Origin: Gekko japonicus
Taxonomy: Eukaryota
Length of the DNA: 64,000 nt
Direction: 5' to 3'
Assembly: GCF_001447785.1 (NCBI RefSeq)
Contig: NW_015175381.1
Location: 514,312-578,311, forward strand
Shown here: positions 24,059-37,130 of the stretch, in pieces
Position numbering within the stretch: the stretch's first letter is position 1
How the letters are laid out: each line of letters opens with the position of its first letter
Notes under the pieces: generated by a model
Told to the model about the DNA's origin: nothing
The model's input: the letters and a program-made list of their open reading frames with translations, nothing else
The model's database searches: none
Translations under genes and position numbers: made by a program

Positions 24059-26038
24059 TTAACAGACTAGTGTGCAAAAAAAGCTGGGGCCGGCCCTGTT
24101 TTTGCCTTCACAGTCTATTCAAAGAAGTGATCACAAGAACTGATCACAAGATTAACTAGGTTCAGGGACACACACCAAAGACATAAAGAGTCATCTAAGT
24201 AGTAGGTCTCAGTTCAAAACATTTCCAGCCGATTTTCCCCCATATTCACCCTTTTAAAACTTGGAGACAGCAGCAAACAAGAAGAGGGGGGCAGCTGCAA
24301 AAAAGTAGTCTAATAAATATTGATAGAAACAACCAAGTTCAGCAAACACTTGTTTTTCTAATTGTGACCAGCAAATGGGATGCTAGCCAAGCTGGCTGAT
24401 GATCAGGCTTAATTAGTCAAAATGACTACAGTATCAAAAATAAACATTTTCTTTTCTAGCAAGATTGCTACTTTGTTTCCATGTAGTGGTTGCTTTATTG
24501 TACGTTCATGCACACACATGTGAAGTGAAGTGAATACAACAAAGCTGTGGGAACATGGCGGGGAGGGAGTGGCCACAAAGCAGAAAAAGAAGTAGTGATG
24601 GGAAGGGGAGATAAATGGATCAGAGGAAAAAATAAACGAATTCAAACTTTTGAGACTGCTGTATAAACACTTAAAAGGATTTTTATCTGAAACTCTGTGT
24701 TACCTGAAGCTGTGTGCACAGTTCCATACATTTCAGTTGATTTCCCCCAAAATAATTGTACTTTGCTCTGCATATTCCAATTATGGACAGTTTTTCAAAA
24801 AGCAGATGTTCAATGTGCTGTTGATTTATCTGACTACTGGTGTTGTCCAAAAATCTGCTACCTAAAATAACTCTCAGAACAAGATCCTTTTAAGGACAAT
24901 ATGGTCCATTTTGAATCTTTGTTAGGTGCCTTTGACTTTCACTCCTATAATACTCATTAAAATTAGAGAAACTGTGTATGGCCCTTGGCTGTGTCCTGAA
25001 ACTGGTTAATATACATTGTTCTTTAAACAAGTGTATATAAAATATATCTAATGGATAGTGTTATAAATTCCCTAGATTCCTATGGAGAACTGAAATCAAT
25101 AAACACACTGTTATGTTTAAATTGCAGGGGCACTCAATATGATATGTGTTATTGTGTTATTTTCCTTCATGGCTTTCAGTCAAGCATTATGAATTTTCTA
25201 CCTTGGCAGCTAAGTCACACCAGAGCAAGCAATGAGATTAACCTTTTCACCTTTAAGGAATTCAATCAGCCTTGGATACAATACCTCAGAAAAACTTTAT
25301 GCAAAAAAGATGTGACTAATGCAAAAATAAGCAGAATGTTTCACAAAATGGATTGTTCTGATACGTATACATACAAAGTGAGATAAGACAGATTTATCAT
25401 TGGCGATACACAGTTTTGCACATTTGCTTCATAAACATTTTAAATATAGTTTGAGGTTTTCTTCCCTTAAATGAGTAATTGCATACTTACAGTCAATATT
25501 GTGATTAGTAATTACTGGCAGTGTTGAGATGATCAAATTATGTTTAGGAGCCCACTGAAAGCCAAGATATTCTCTCTCTCTCTCTGGTATCAAGAGATGC
25601 CTCTGTTAGAAGACAGCCACAGATATTTTTAAACAGGTATGACTAAATGGGTAACTTATGTGAAATACAAAACTGAAAAGGAAAACTTGGGGAAAGATTA
25701 TGCAGAACTGAAGTTCTGTATAGCCTCCAAACAGCTGTTTCTCTTGTCTTCCCCCCATCACCGTAGGGATGTACAGGCAGACTTTAAGAAAACTCCAACT
25801 GCTCTTTAGGATCATTACTTTAACACATATAAATTGGAACATTAATGACAGTCATATTTGGAAACATTAGGATCTGGTTGTTATTCCCGTGCATAACTGT
25901 CTAGAGTTTAAAAAGGTCAGAGAGAAGGGGAAAGAGTGGAGAGTGTGACAGCAGATATGTAAGTGAAGGGGATATTACCAGACAGCAGAGCCACACTCAG
26001 ATATTGCCACTAAAGAAAAGTATGTTGATAGGTCTAGC

Positions 26039-28137
26039 CAGGGGTCATTTCATAGATAAAGAGCTGCAGGAGCTCATTAGCATAACTTATTAGCATATGC
26101 CACACCCCCTGACATCACCGGAAGTGTGCACCAGCCCCTCTGACAGGCAGAAGCACCTGGGATCCATTCTTTCCCCCCTCTCCCTTCCCTTCGCCTCCAA
26201 ATCGGGAGAAGGAAAAGGGGAGGGGGAGGATCTCAGGCGCTTCTGCCTGACAGAGGTGCTGGCGTGCCCACAGCCAACCTGGGTGAATTATAGAATCATA
26301 GACTCATAGAGTNNNNNNNNNNNNNNNNNNNNNNNNNNNNNNNNNNNNNNNNNNNNNNNNNNNNNNNNNNNNNNNNNNNNNNNNNNNNNNNNNNNNNNNN
26401 NNNNNNNNNNNNNNNNNNNNNNNNNNNNNNNNNNNNNNNNNNNNNNNNNNNNNNNNNNNNNNNNNNNNNNNNNNNNNNNNNNNNNNNNNNNNNNNNNNNN
26501 NNNNNNNNNNNNNNNNNNNNNNNNNNNNNNNNNNNNNNNNNNNNNNNNNNNNNNNNNNNNNNNNNNNNNNNNNNNNNNNNNNNNNNNNNNNNNNNNNNNN
26601 NNNNNNNNNNNNNNNNNNNNNNNNNNNNNNNNNNNNNNNNNNNNNNNNNNNNNNNNNNNNNNNNNNNNNNNNNNNNNNNNNNNNNNNNNNNNNNNNNNNN
26701 NNNNNNNNNNNNNNNNNNNNNNNNNNNNNNNNNNNNNNNNNNNNNNNNNNNNNNNNNNNNNNNNNNNNNNNNNNNNNNNNNNNNNNNNNNNNNNNNNNNN
26801 NNNNNNNNNNNNNNNNNNNNNNNNNNNNNNNAACTCATGGGCAGGGTCCCCAGCTTCCCTGGCAGGAACACTATGTTAAGAAATCTCTCACAATTATGCA
26901 GCCATAGCAGGCAGGAGGGAAGGAGGCGAATACCTCCAGCGCCAGAGACTTGTAGAGGAAGAATCAAACTTTGGGGACTCACCCATGCACCAGAGGGCCA
27001 AGGCAGCAGGAGGCAAGAAGCCTGGGCGAGCTGGGCTCCTCCATGCCTGGCAGAAGATGAGGTGCAGAGGCAAGAGGTGGGCAAGCAGAAGAGGCACTCA
27101 GCCAGCTGCACAAGCTGCATGCAAAGAAACTCCCACCGCCCCAAGCTTCAGGGCTGCCTTGTTAAAGGAGTGCGGAGGCCAGACTCGCAAATGAGAAAAA
27201 GCAAGCTCAGGGTTCGCATTTTGGGCTGTGGAAGAGGAACCAGCTCCATTCCTGGAGTTCTCTCGAGTTCCTGCGCTTTTGGTTTTGCTTTTTACCAATT
27301 CGCCTCCCAAGACTGCTCCAGGTGCTCCGGCCTGAGGGCTGCTGGGGGTGGGGCTCGAGTGCTCATTATTTGTGGAGCTGAGGCTCAATGTCTCCAGCTG
27401 CTCCGCCACCTTCCCTTCCCTTGGTTTGCTCAAGGAGCCCGAGCAAGCCAGCTACTGGAGGGAAGGAGAGGCGGTTTAAACCACCTTCCCTTCCCTTGGC
27501 TTCCTCAGGATCCCCTGCTGCGGGCCGATTCAGATTCTCTGATCTGAATCGGCTTCCCGCAGTTTGGCCCCATTATATCCTATGGGCCATTGAAGTCAAT
27601 GGCGAAAACATAGGTTATATTCTGGGGGCTGGAGGAGAGGGGGTTTGAGGGAGAGGCTCCACAATCGCAGGGTAGCTGCTGGAGCCTCTCCCCAAGATAC
27701 CCGCCATGTTTCAGGAACATTGAACTAGGAGGTCCAATTCTATGGGCCCCCAAACAGGTTGCCCCCATCCCCTCCATTGTTCTCTATGGTGGGAAAAAGC
27801 TCTGGGAGCACGTGTCACCTGCTTTACTTCCTCCCTTGGTGAGCGGCTGCATGCTTGGAAGTTGAGGCCAGGCTTGGGCAACACAGGGCAGCTATGCCTT
27901 GGAACTGCTCTCCCTGGGACTACAGCACACACTCTCTGCCAACTCCACGTGCAAGCAAGGACAAGGCAGGCCAGCCGGCTCTCTCTTTGGCCACTCCATG
28001 CATGGCCTTCTCCTGGGAGGGATCGGGAGGAAAGAGGGGGGAGGAAAGAGGGGAATTATTGTACTGTCCGCTGCGGGTTGCATGGGAATTCAGGAGGGGG
28101 TGGTACCCCGTACGCCTCACATTAGCTACAGCCCCGT
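26039..28137. mobile_element. Composite non-autonomous DNA transposon sequence (hAT-like) interrupted by a CR1 tail and the gap
   Basis: Starts with a CAGGGGTC-type end and has GC-rich internal palindromes. The reverse CR1 microsatellite tagaatcatagactcatagag runs into the Ns. Internal structure is not resolved. Confidence 0.45.
26313..26830. other. Assembly gap (518 N)
   Basis: Run of N bases. Confidence 1.
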
Positions 28138-29564
28138 CAAAGGGGCAGAACAAAAGCATGCAATTTTATTGTGGAACAAAAACTTTTCCTATTGTTTGTT
28201 TTCTGATGGCACCTGCTGCACCAAATACAAAAGTTTATGATGAACTGATCTGTTGAAGACACATTTTTGCCCAACATCATCTGTTACTCTGCAGAGGTTT
28301 TATTTTTTTAAGTGTGATCAGAGAGCCAGTGAACATATAGGAGAATGCATTGCAGAATTCCATCACCTTGCAGAACATTGTGAATTTGGAAATTTTCTGG
28401 AAGGTTTATTATGAGTTTGGCTCATCTGTGGAGTTAAGGATGAGGCCATCCAGTGGCGCCTCCTCTCTGAGCAGAATCTGACTTTTGCTGCAGTACAGCA
28501 ATAAGCATTAGCAGCTGAAGCCATTTCATGTAAGGTCAGAGAAATTCATAACAGGCACCCCACTGACACCTGCATTCTCCAACAAACCCTGGAATGAGAT
28601 GAGGAGCTCACATCTATATCAGTGGGATTACATAAATCAGGTAATGCATCAATATGTTTAAGCTGTGAAGGCAACATACACGTAGTGACTGCAGATTCAG
28701 GAACGCTGAGTGTCACACTAGCCAAAAAATGGGTCAGATAGAAAGAGTTTGTCAGTCAAGGGCTAATTCCAGGAAACAAAGAGAATGGGCAAAAGGTACC
28801 CAGCTTCAAACTGCCGATAACTTGGAAGGTTTCCTGGAGGACAAAGTACAAACATTGTACTCCATTCAACATCACGCTGTCAAGGGGCAATGCCCAGATA
28901 TTATTGCCACTGTAGAGATAAATGGCCAAAAGTGTGAAATGGAAGTTGACTCTGGGGCTGGATCCACCATCATAGACAGCAACACATTTTCACGGCTATT
29001 CCAGGACCATTCTCCCAAATTACAGAGATCAAAATGTCCCCTTTGTGACTACAATTGACAGATTGGTCAGATCCTTGGAACATGTGATGTAGATGTTAAC
29101 TATGGACCTGTCAGACAGACATTATCTTTGCTAGTTACAGAAGGGACTTGTAAAAGCCGGCAGGAAAGAAATGGTTCACACCCTAGGGAATCAGTGTTCA
29201 AGGAGTATATAGTGTCTGAGTAGCAGTACTGGAAGAATTGGCATCTGAGTTCCCACATGTATTCACTGAGGCATTAGGAGCGTACAAAGGTCCATTAGTG
29301 ACTTTTCAAATGGACCCTCCCATAACACCTATTTGTTTGAAGGCCTTTTTGCCCTGAGACCAAAGGTCAATGAAGAACCTGATCAGCTCATTGTACAAGG
29401 AGTTATAGAGCCAGTGACTCATGCAACCTGGGCCATCCCTGTTGTTCCTTTCTTTAAACCAATTGGCAAATATGTATTTGTGGGGATTACAAACATACTG
29501 TAAATACTCTGCCAATATATCTATCCCAAAAGAAAGATTCCTGGTGCCACTGAGATTTCATATC

Positions 29565-29852
29565 TCAGTTTGGTGTAGTGGTTTGGTGTAGTGGTTAAGT
29601 GTGAGGACTCTAATCTGGGAGAACTGGGTTTGATTCCCCACTCCTCCACTTGCACCTGCTGATGTGACCTTGGATCAGTCACAAGCTCTGGCAAACCTGT
29701 CCTTGAAAAAGGGCCGTTTGTGTCAGAATTCTCTCAGCCCCACCCACCTCACAGGGTGTCTGTTGTGGGGAGGGGAAGGGAAAGGAGTTTGTAAGCCGCT
29801 CTGAGACTCCAAGTGAAGGGTGGGGTATAAATCCAATATCATCCTCCTCCTC
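29565..29852 (+). mobile_element. tRNA-derived SINE (Squam3-like) nested in the Gypsy RT
   Basis: Same family as the 19.3-kb copies. The head has a 13-bp tandem duplication gtttggtgtagtg, and TCATAT lies near both ends. Confidence 0.88.
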
Positions 29853-30480
29853 ATATTGAAGGCACCAGGAATCTTTTAGTGCTTCTTGGAAACTTTATTA
29901 GCATTCCTGGAGTTGTGCCTTACTTTGATGATGTGTCAATTAGGGCCTCCTCTAAGGAGGAACTCGTGAATCAACTCAAAAAGGTTCTGCAGACATTTAA
30001 TCTTTCAGGCATCGCAATTAAGAAATGCCAGCTGGGAGTTCCCAGTATCACATTCCTGGGATACCAGATTGATGCGGCTGGTATTCACTCTACACAGGAT
30101 AAGATACAGGCAATACACCATGCCTCTAGACCAAAGTGCAAGGAAGATCTTCAGGAGAACCCCTTCATCGCCTGTTAGATAAAGTTCTTAATTAAAGTGG
30201 ACTCACAAACACGAAGGAGCTTTTCTGGCTATAAAGAAGTTGTTGACCTCTAACTCTGTACTCGCACACTATGATGAACAGAGGCCTCTGTTTGTTACAT
30301 GTGATGCCTCACCATTTGGGGCTGGAGATGTCCTCAGTCACATACTATCAGATGGCACAGAACCATCAGTTGTTTTTGTTCTAGGACAATGACCTCAACT
30401 AAAATAACTATGCTCAGATTGATAAAGAGGCATTGGCTATTGTGGCAGGAATTTAAAAGTATCATAATTATGTATATGGT

Positions 30481-31880
30481 TGTAGAGGAAGCTCAGAGGT
30501 TCAAATGATAATCCACTGATTATTGCTGGGATTCCAGAGGTCCTTTGGGAAAAGACTTTGGGATTTCCAGAAACAGATTGGTAACCTAATAACTAAGCAG
30601 AAACAGGTGTTTTATATCTCATTCAATGGTCAGAGACAGGAATTTCCTAATGAGCAGGTGTTCCAAATTCAGTAAACTTTTTAATGAGGATGGTACCTAA
30701 CAAGCTGTCAGACTGGAGATTTATGCTTAAACTCTACTTCAAAGAAATGGGTTCAGAAGTTCATAAGGAAAAATTAAACTAAACTCTTCTTCTTTAAGTT
30801 TAAAATGCTTTAACACATAAATATTGAGTTATTGGAATCTATAAGCAATATACCTTCCTTTTAGCAGCTTATTATTTTAAGGCAAAAAGGACTGTTTGCT
30901 TGCTTAGAGAAATAGTTATACACTTAGTAAGCTGAACTGGTAAAATGCCCAGTGAAAAGAATTTAATAATTGGTCACAAACAAAAATTAGGAGAATGACC
31001 AACTAGGTATGCAGTCATCTTAGAGTTCAGCCAGGAACTGAAGATACCAATCACAAGTCCTGTTGTCAATTAAAAAGCTAATTAAAAGTTCAGAACTTGT
31101 GTTATACAAAGAGGACCCCTACTGGCTGAAGCAAAATAGCATATTTTACAAAACACTAACTTAGATTTAATATTTTTAAAAAATTCAGTAAAATTTCCTG
31201 ATTAAAATAAAGAATAATAGGTGAATTTAAGATATTTATAAAAGCTTTATGTTATAGGCCACTTTGGAACCTTAGAAAATGCATGTAAAGGGTTTAATGT
31301 TTTAAAATATTACCATAATTTTGTATTTTCCCATAATTCAATGTATGCTTCATATATTTTAGTAGAAATAGCTCACAAAATGTTATTAAGAGTGCTTTTA
31401 TACACATATATGCATATATCAATATAAAAGAACCATCTTTATAATAAAAGCAGTTAGATTTTATACTGAGAATGAATTTATCCTGAAAGTTCATTCAAAG
31501 GTGAACCAGTCTGGGGAAACAGCCAAGTAGATAGATAAATCACTTTTAACAAGACAACCACCTGCATTGTAAGGTTGAAATGTGGCGAAGTAGCATCTTG
31601 TTTGTCAAATGTTTAATTAATGATTGTTGAAACAAAGAAAACCAGACTGAGCATGTATAAATGATGTCAGCAGTGATGTAAAGTTGGGAGGCACAACAAA
31701 AGCAAAGAAGCCAGACCCCTACTGGACATCTGAGCTGAACTTTTGGCTATATGATGTCCCTTATTTGAATAAAACCTTTTTCTACCTTTTTTGCTGCCTG
31801 GAATTGTTCATTTCACTGTGTGGTTTATTGGCTTGCCACATAAGTCAAAAAACCTTAGCGCCCTCAGGGCATTGCCTTCA
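30481..31880 (+). mobile_element. 1400-bp solo LTR
   Basis: TG...CA ends, 4-bp TSD TGGT, TATAAA near 31656 and AATAAA near 31768. Removing it restores the Gypsy frame YVYGHPFEIRTDHKP. Confidence 0.9.
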
Positions 31881-32647
31881 TGGTCATCCTTTTGAAATCC
31901 GAACAGACCACAAGCCATTTCTTGGAATTTTCACCAAAGACAAACCAATGCATCCCATTTAATCTCCCTGTATGCAATGTTGGGATTTACTGAAAAATCT
32001 GTTTAGCTTCTCTGTGGCCCCAATCTGTAAATTTAGCTATCCACAAATGGGGGGTATGGATGGCTAATAGTATATACCTTTGTGCAGTGCCTATTCCAAA
32101 ATAGCAGACTGTTGAAATAGTCTTCATGAATTCACCTCAACTGATTTCATAATCATTTCAGTTCTTTAGTTCTCCACCTTTTGATGTCCCTGCCTTTAAC
32201 TTGTTAAAGCTATATTTGCTCTGTGCCAACCACAAACCACATTGTGATAAATATGTTGTAATAAATATAATTTCAGAAATTGATCCCATGTTTGAATATA
32301 AACTAACCAAGATTGAAAGCATGTTTGATCAATGTTTGATCACAGTTTGTATGATTCTTCATCAGGCAAAATAAGTATTTCAAAAAGTATCTACTGTTTT
32401 TATCTTCAGAGTTGTCTGTGGGCAAAATGCAGCAAAAGGCAGAGTTATCTGTGGACAAAAGGACAAAAGATAATCTTTGTAGTTCTCAGTGAATGATACA
32501 GATTTTTCAGGTAAAACGATGGAAAATGCAACTCTTGTAAAGTTGTTGAGTCTTTGACCACACAAAACATCAGCAGTGTACGAAATAAATGGCAATAAAC
32601 AGTGTTTTGGAGGGAAATGGTACTCAAAGATCCGAGAAATTTTTTTC

Positions 32648-32743
32648 CTATACAAGTGTCACATTTCTGATTTTTCTTGGATTGATTGGGTAAGCAGCAG
32701 CTCTTGAAGGAAGAACTCTGTCATAATTTCCACCATAATGGAC
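32648..32743 (-). CDS. IGSF5: IGSF5 terminal coding exon with class I PDZ-binding motif
   Basis: Branch-like cctaat plus ctgtcttgttcatag|GTC. In phase 0 it encodes VHYGGNYDRVLPSRAAAYPINPRKIRNVTLV then TAG. The T-x-V C-terminus fits IGSF5/JAM4, a known MAGI1 binder. Confidence 0.9.
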   Translation of the reverse strand, partial: VHYGGNYDRVLPSRAAAYPINPRKIRNVTLV

Positions 32744-33689
32744 CTATGAACAAGACAGATTAGGAATTTAATAAAACATGTCTCAATAACCTTCATTATA
32801 ACTAGCATAATTAAAAATCAAGGACTTGATCTAACTAAATTTAGTAATGACAGAATCCCCCCCAAGCCAACAGAACAAATTAACACTGAGTTTGACTCTA
32901 ACTTTAGTCAAGAAAATGAACCTTTATCTGTGTCAATAATTTTGTTATTATTTAATTGATTTTTGGCCAAATGAAATTAGTGTTATGTATTATGTAAAGC
33001 AGCATTTTATGAGAAAATGTATGTCTTGATAAAGATCTAGAAGTAATAAAAAACCCTCAATTGGGAGTCTTGTGGCAGATCTTGTAAAGAAAGATATAAA
33101 GACAATATAAGGTCTGGATTCCATTCATCAGGTGTATGAAATGGAGTCTCAGTAAGCAGAAATATATACACTGTGTAAAATATACAAGATAAACATAGTG
33201 AACATTCACCAATAGTTGTAATTGCTGACAACATGGTTTAATTTTTCAACAAAGGTTCATATTTATACAAATAAAGCTTCAATGTGCAAAGTAAACATTT
33301 CATGTTTAAACAAAAGGGGGACAGGGAAATGAGGAACACGGATGGGAGAGAGGGGCAAAGCACACATTCTGAAGCCAGAGTGTCAACTGTTTGCTCTCAC
33401 TGCATTGTCTTCTACTTTCGTAATTCCATTTTTGCACTGTTTATGACCTATCATGTTTGAGATATATATCTCTCTCTCTCTCCTATTTTTTCCAATTTCT
33501 GTAATCCTAGTCCCATTGCACTGTTTATGGGATGTCTTGTGCTATTTGATTGCATTTTTCTACACTGTGCCTTTCTCCATAAATCTCAGCAAAAAAGGTG
33601 GGTTATAAAGTAAATAAATAAAAATCATGTGTGTATGAAATCATCATAAGCAATTTAACATCTATAGTTGTCAAGAAAAGTAACATCAT

Positions 33690-34330
33690 TGTTTAAGCCC
33701 TGGTGATACAGTTAAACCTACTGATAATTTCTAATTCAGCAATTTCATGCTGAAAGTCTTCCTTATAAATTCATTTGGTGAAGAAGGGTGACTTGCAAAA
33801 TGGTCAGCAATGGAATGTCCTCGTAGATTGAACGTGTTTCTGAATCTTGCCATCTTCATGTCAAATTTGTGTCTGTTTATGCTTTAGCATAGAGATTAAT
33901 CTTTTTGTTCTCGGGCACTGTTGAGATAATTATTTATATCACATTGGAGGAGGAGCAGATGAATGATGGCATGGTTGATATTATTAAGTTCTGCAGTGCT
34001 GTTGACCAAGTGGATAACAGGGCAGAGTTGGGACTTGTCCAATGCTCCCTCTAAGCTGTGGAGTCTTGTGAGCAAACATTCTACTTTATGAGCTACTGGC
34101 ATTCAAGTTGTGAGCGAGCGATTTTGGCTACTGCATAAATTAGTTTGCTCCGGAGACATCGTTCCTGAGCTAAGACAAAAATGTGTGAGCTGGAGGCTAA
34201 AAAACTGTGAGCTAGCTTGCACTAACTCAGCTTAGAGAGAACACTGGACTTGTCTCTGTTAGGTGATCCATTGTTCCTGGTAAGCCACTGTTTCAGACCA
34301 AGGGTGGTCTGTAAACAACTAAAGACCTGC
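33690..34330 (-). mobile_element. Penelope-like element remnant (GIY-YIG C-terminal region)
   Basis: Reverse strand gives degenerate FNLRGHSIAD ... EIAELEII, resembling the end of the Penelope endonuclease. Interrupted by a hAT MITE. Confidence 0.65.
34040..34246 (-). mobile_element. 207-bp hAT MITE
   Basis: Same TIRs as 20716-20921, with an 8-bp TSD GACTTGTC. Confidence 0.92.
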
Positions 34331-34691
34331 TGCCCATGGGCTGTAAAAAAAAATCCACAATGTACTGCAAATCATTAATGATATATTAGATGAGTTTTCT
34401 CTGTAAACTATTGATGACAACATGTAATGGTCTGTCCTTGGGTACCAGTATGGCCTTGTCAGCCTATTCTTCACTTCATGGGATGTGCATTGTACTTATA
34501 GAATTTAGGAAATTCCTGGAGATTCTGGAGGTGGAGCCTGGAGAAGGTGTGATTGGGGGGAGGGGGGAGGGAGCTTAGTGGGGCATAAGGCCATACAGTC
34601 CACCTTCCAAAGCAGACATTTTCTCCAGGGGACCTGATCTCTGTAACCTGCAGACCAGAGATCTCCAGCCACCACTTGGAGGTTGGCACCC

Positions 34692-34978
34692 TGTAATGTA
34701 TCCAGTCCAGACAAGTCCAGAGACAAACGTTGAGCTTCGCTCCAAGAGACAATGTACTCTGCGTATCCTAGCCCACTCCAATCAGGAGGCTAGGTTCCCA
34801 GCCGAGAGCCTATGGGACTCTCGGCCACTGTAAATAACCTATAGGGAAGTAGGGGTGTGTTTTTGGGTGGCGGTTTCTCGGGGGATATAAGCCGGCCTGC
34901 GAGCCGGCCAAAATCGTCTTGTTCCGGATAGAATAAAGTACGCTTTGCTGAAATCACTCTCCGTTTGCGTACTTTTCA
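34692..34978 (+). mobile_element. 287-bp solo LTR inserted into a MITE terminus
   Basis: TGTAATG...TTTTCA ends, 5-bp TSD CACCC, TATAA near 34886, AATAAA near 34932. CpGs are retained. Confidence 0.85.
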
Positions 34979-37130
34979 CACCCCAATGCCTGATGTAAAT
35001 CCTTCAGATGTGAATGTAGTTGTATCACAGCATAGCTGTAGACAATGGATAATCTAATGAGAGGTGATTCCAACACAGAAACTGAGGACTGTTTTTCATT
35101 TTATTGTTGCAGTCTAGTTGCTACCAAAAAACCACTGAATAAAACATTTCACATTTTTGTTCCAATTAAAACCAGAATTTCAGTAATTACCAAGGATCTC
35201 CTTAGGAAGTTTGGCATATCTGAGACTTTTTGTGCATCACTGTGATTCCTGTATATAAATTGTATTAACCAGCTAGTTGCAAAGTGTAGTTTGAACTACA
35301 TAAATATTTGTATGCTTTTCTATATATAAGATGTCTCATCTACATGTATTGTATGTTTTACTGGACTCTAAAACTGTATGCAGCAAATCTGAGGTCTTTG
35401 GTACTCCCACATGTATTTAATGTCTTAAATAATGCATCCAGTATGCATCTATTATTTAAAAGGCCATAAAAGTGGATGTTAGATAACAAATGTACCCAAT
35501 ATTGCTCTAGTATACAAATGCTAACACCACTGTAAAGCTACAGGGTGCTCTTGGAACATCTGAAAAATTATTGGTTTGGTTTCAAACACTAACAAATGTC
35601 TTTATTCTAATTGTTGTATAGACGATCTGTATCAGTCTGGAAGCTCCCCACCCGCAGTTAGTGCTGCATACCCTCCCATAGGCCATCCATCCTTGTCTTC
35701 CACTTCGCTCCCCACCCGGATCAAAGCTCAGAGCCGACCCTGTGAAGGAGGGAAGAGCTTATCCCACTTGTAAAAGGACTGTCCCACGAAGAACCACTGG
35801 AGAACTTGAAACACTGGGCGGGACTGCACAAAGCAGCCAGTCAACCCAGCCAGCGTCTTCTGACTGACAGTTCTTGCAGCCAAACACTAAAGGTGTGCAT
35901 TTGGAACGTTGGAGCCCACTACGGCTTTATATATAAGGGAGAGATGAGCCACACTAGAAAAAGTATTATAGGCACATAGGCTTCTTTTTTTCTTTTTGCA
36001 GTTTTGCAGCTCTTGTCTAGTGTGTGAATCTTTACTAGTGTTGTTTTGCAGCATTTATTTAGATTACATTTTGCATTGTTCATTTATTTCAATATGCATT
36101 CAGCTCCGTATTTAAGACCCATCCAAATGTTCCAATGCTACAAATCTTTATTTCTATTTTATACTAAAGGGCCCTCAAAACAGGTTACAATATGACAAAG
36201 TAGATAAAATATCAAACAATTCAATTTCAGAAGCACAAATATGTTTATGAAAAAGCAGCACCTCAAAAGCTCCCTTTCCAAGACCATCCAAGCAATATGA
36301 CCACAAAAACCAGAATGTCGAATGCAGACTTCCATTACATGAATTATTATTAGCATTGCTTAAAGTCTGCTTCAAACAATTGTTTATTGCCTGCAATTCC
36401 AGTTCCACAACCAAAGTCTTTCCTGGATAAATGAAATGTATTGTCCAGTCTCAGGTGCTTTTTCTACAACTTTGTCACTCCATACCTTTTACGGTTTTAA
36501 TGCCCAATGTTCTTTGTTCTTTACCAGCAACATATTGTTTGATTTATCCTAATTCTTAATTGTTTCCATTGTTTTGCTCACTTTTTCATTAAATTGTAAC
36601 TTAATATTTATTTTTGTTTTCAGACACTCCCTGGAGCCCTGTTTGTAGCTACAAGGAATGTAATGGTTCTAGCCACTGCACACAATTCCTCCCTTCTACA
36701 TCTCCAGTCTTGACTGCTGCACAATTAGATGACTTTTCTACTTTAGAAAATGTTCATAGAATGTCATGGAAACTATTGCCATACTCTAATGATGTCTTGC
36801 CTCTTTAAGATAACTAGACAACATGAATACAGTGCAGGGCAACCAGCCTTGCTGTTCTTTCCATAAACTTCAAGCATTTAAAAGAATAAAGGGCCAGTTT
36901 GGATCCAACCCCAGCATTCTAGTTAAAAAATCATAAAAATAATTACATTATTCTGAAGAGGCTGAAAGATGATAATAATACAGTTGTTCAAACTGAAAAT
37001 GTGGCTTTCATTCACTGAAGTTTACCAAGTTTTAAAAAGCCAGAAATGATTAAAAACTCATTTAGTAGAAGTTATATTCTTCTGCATCACAGAGTCCTGT
37101 ATGGCAAATTAGAAGGGCCTACAGATAAAA

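Larger units (their letters stand above)
28190..31985 (+). mobile_element. Decayed Gypsy LTR retrotransposon internal region (gag-protease-RT-RNase H) with nested insertions
   Basis: Protease CEMEVDSGAGSTII, RT PYFDDV and FLGYQID, RNase H VTCDASPFG, and YVYG/HPFEIRTDHKP split by the insertion at 30481-31880. Many stops and frameshifts. Its own LTRs were not identified. Confidence 0.92.

Noticed and set aside
26296-27144. 282-aa ORF in the track
   Set aside because: It runs through the N gap and repeat-derived sequence, so it is an artefact.
1-32000. PCP4 coding exons expected downstream of IGSF5 by synteny
   Set aside because: I could not find the MSE, RQGAGATNGKDK or IQ-motif exons on the minus strand. 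The gene probably lies beyond the left edge.
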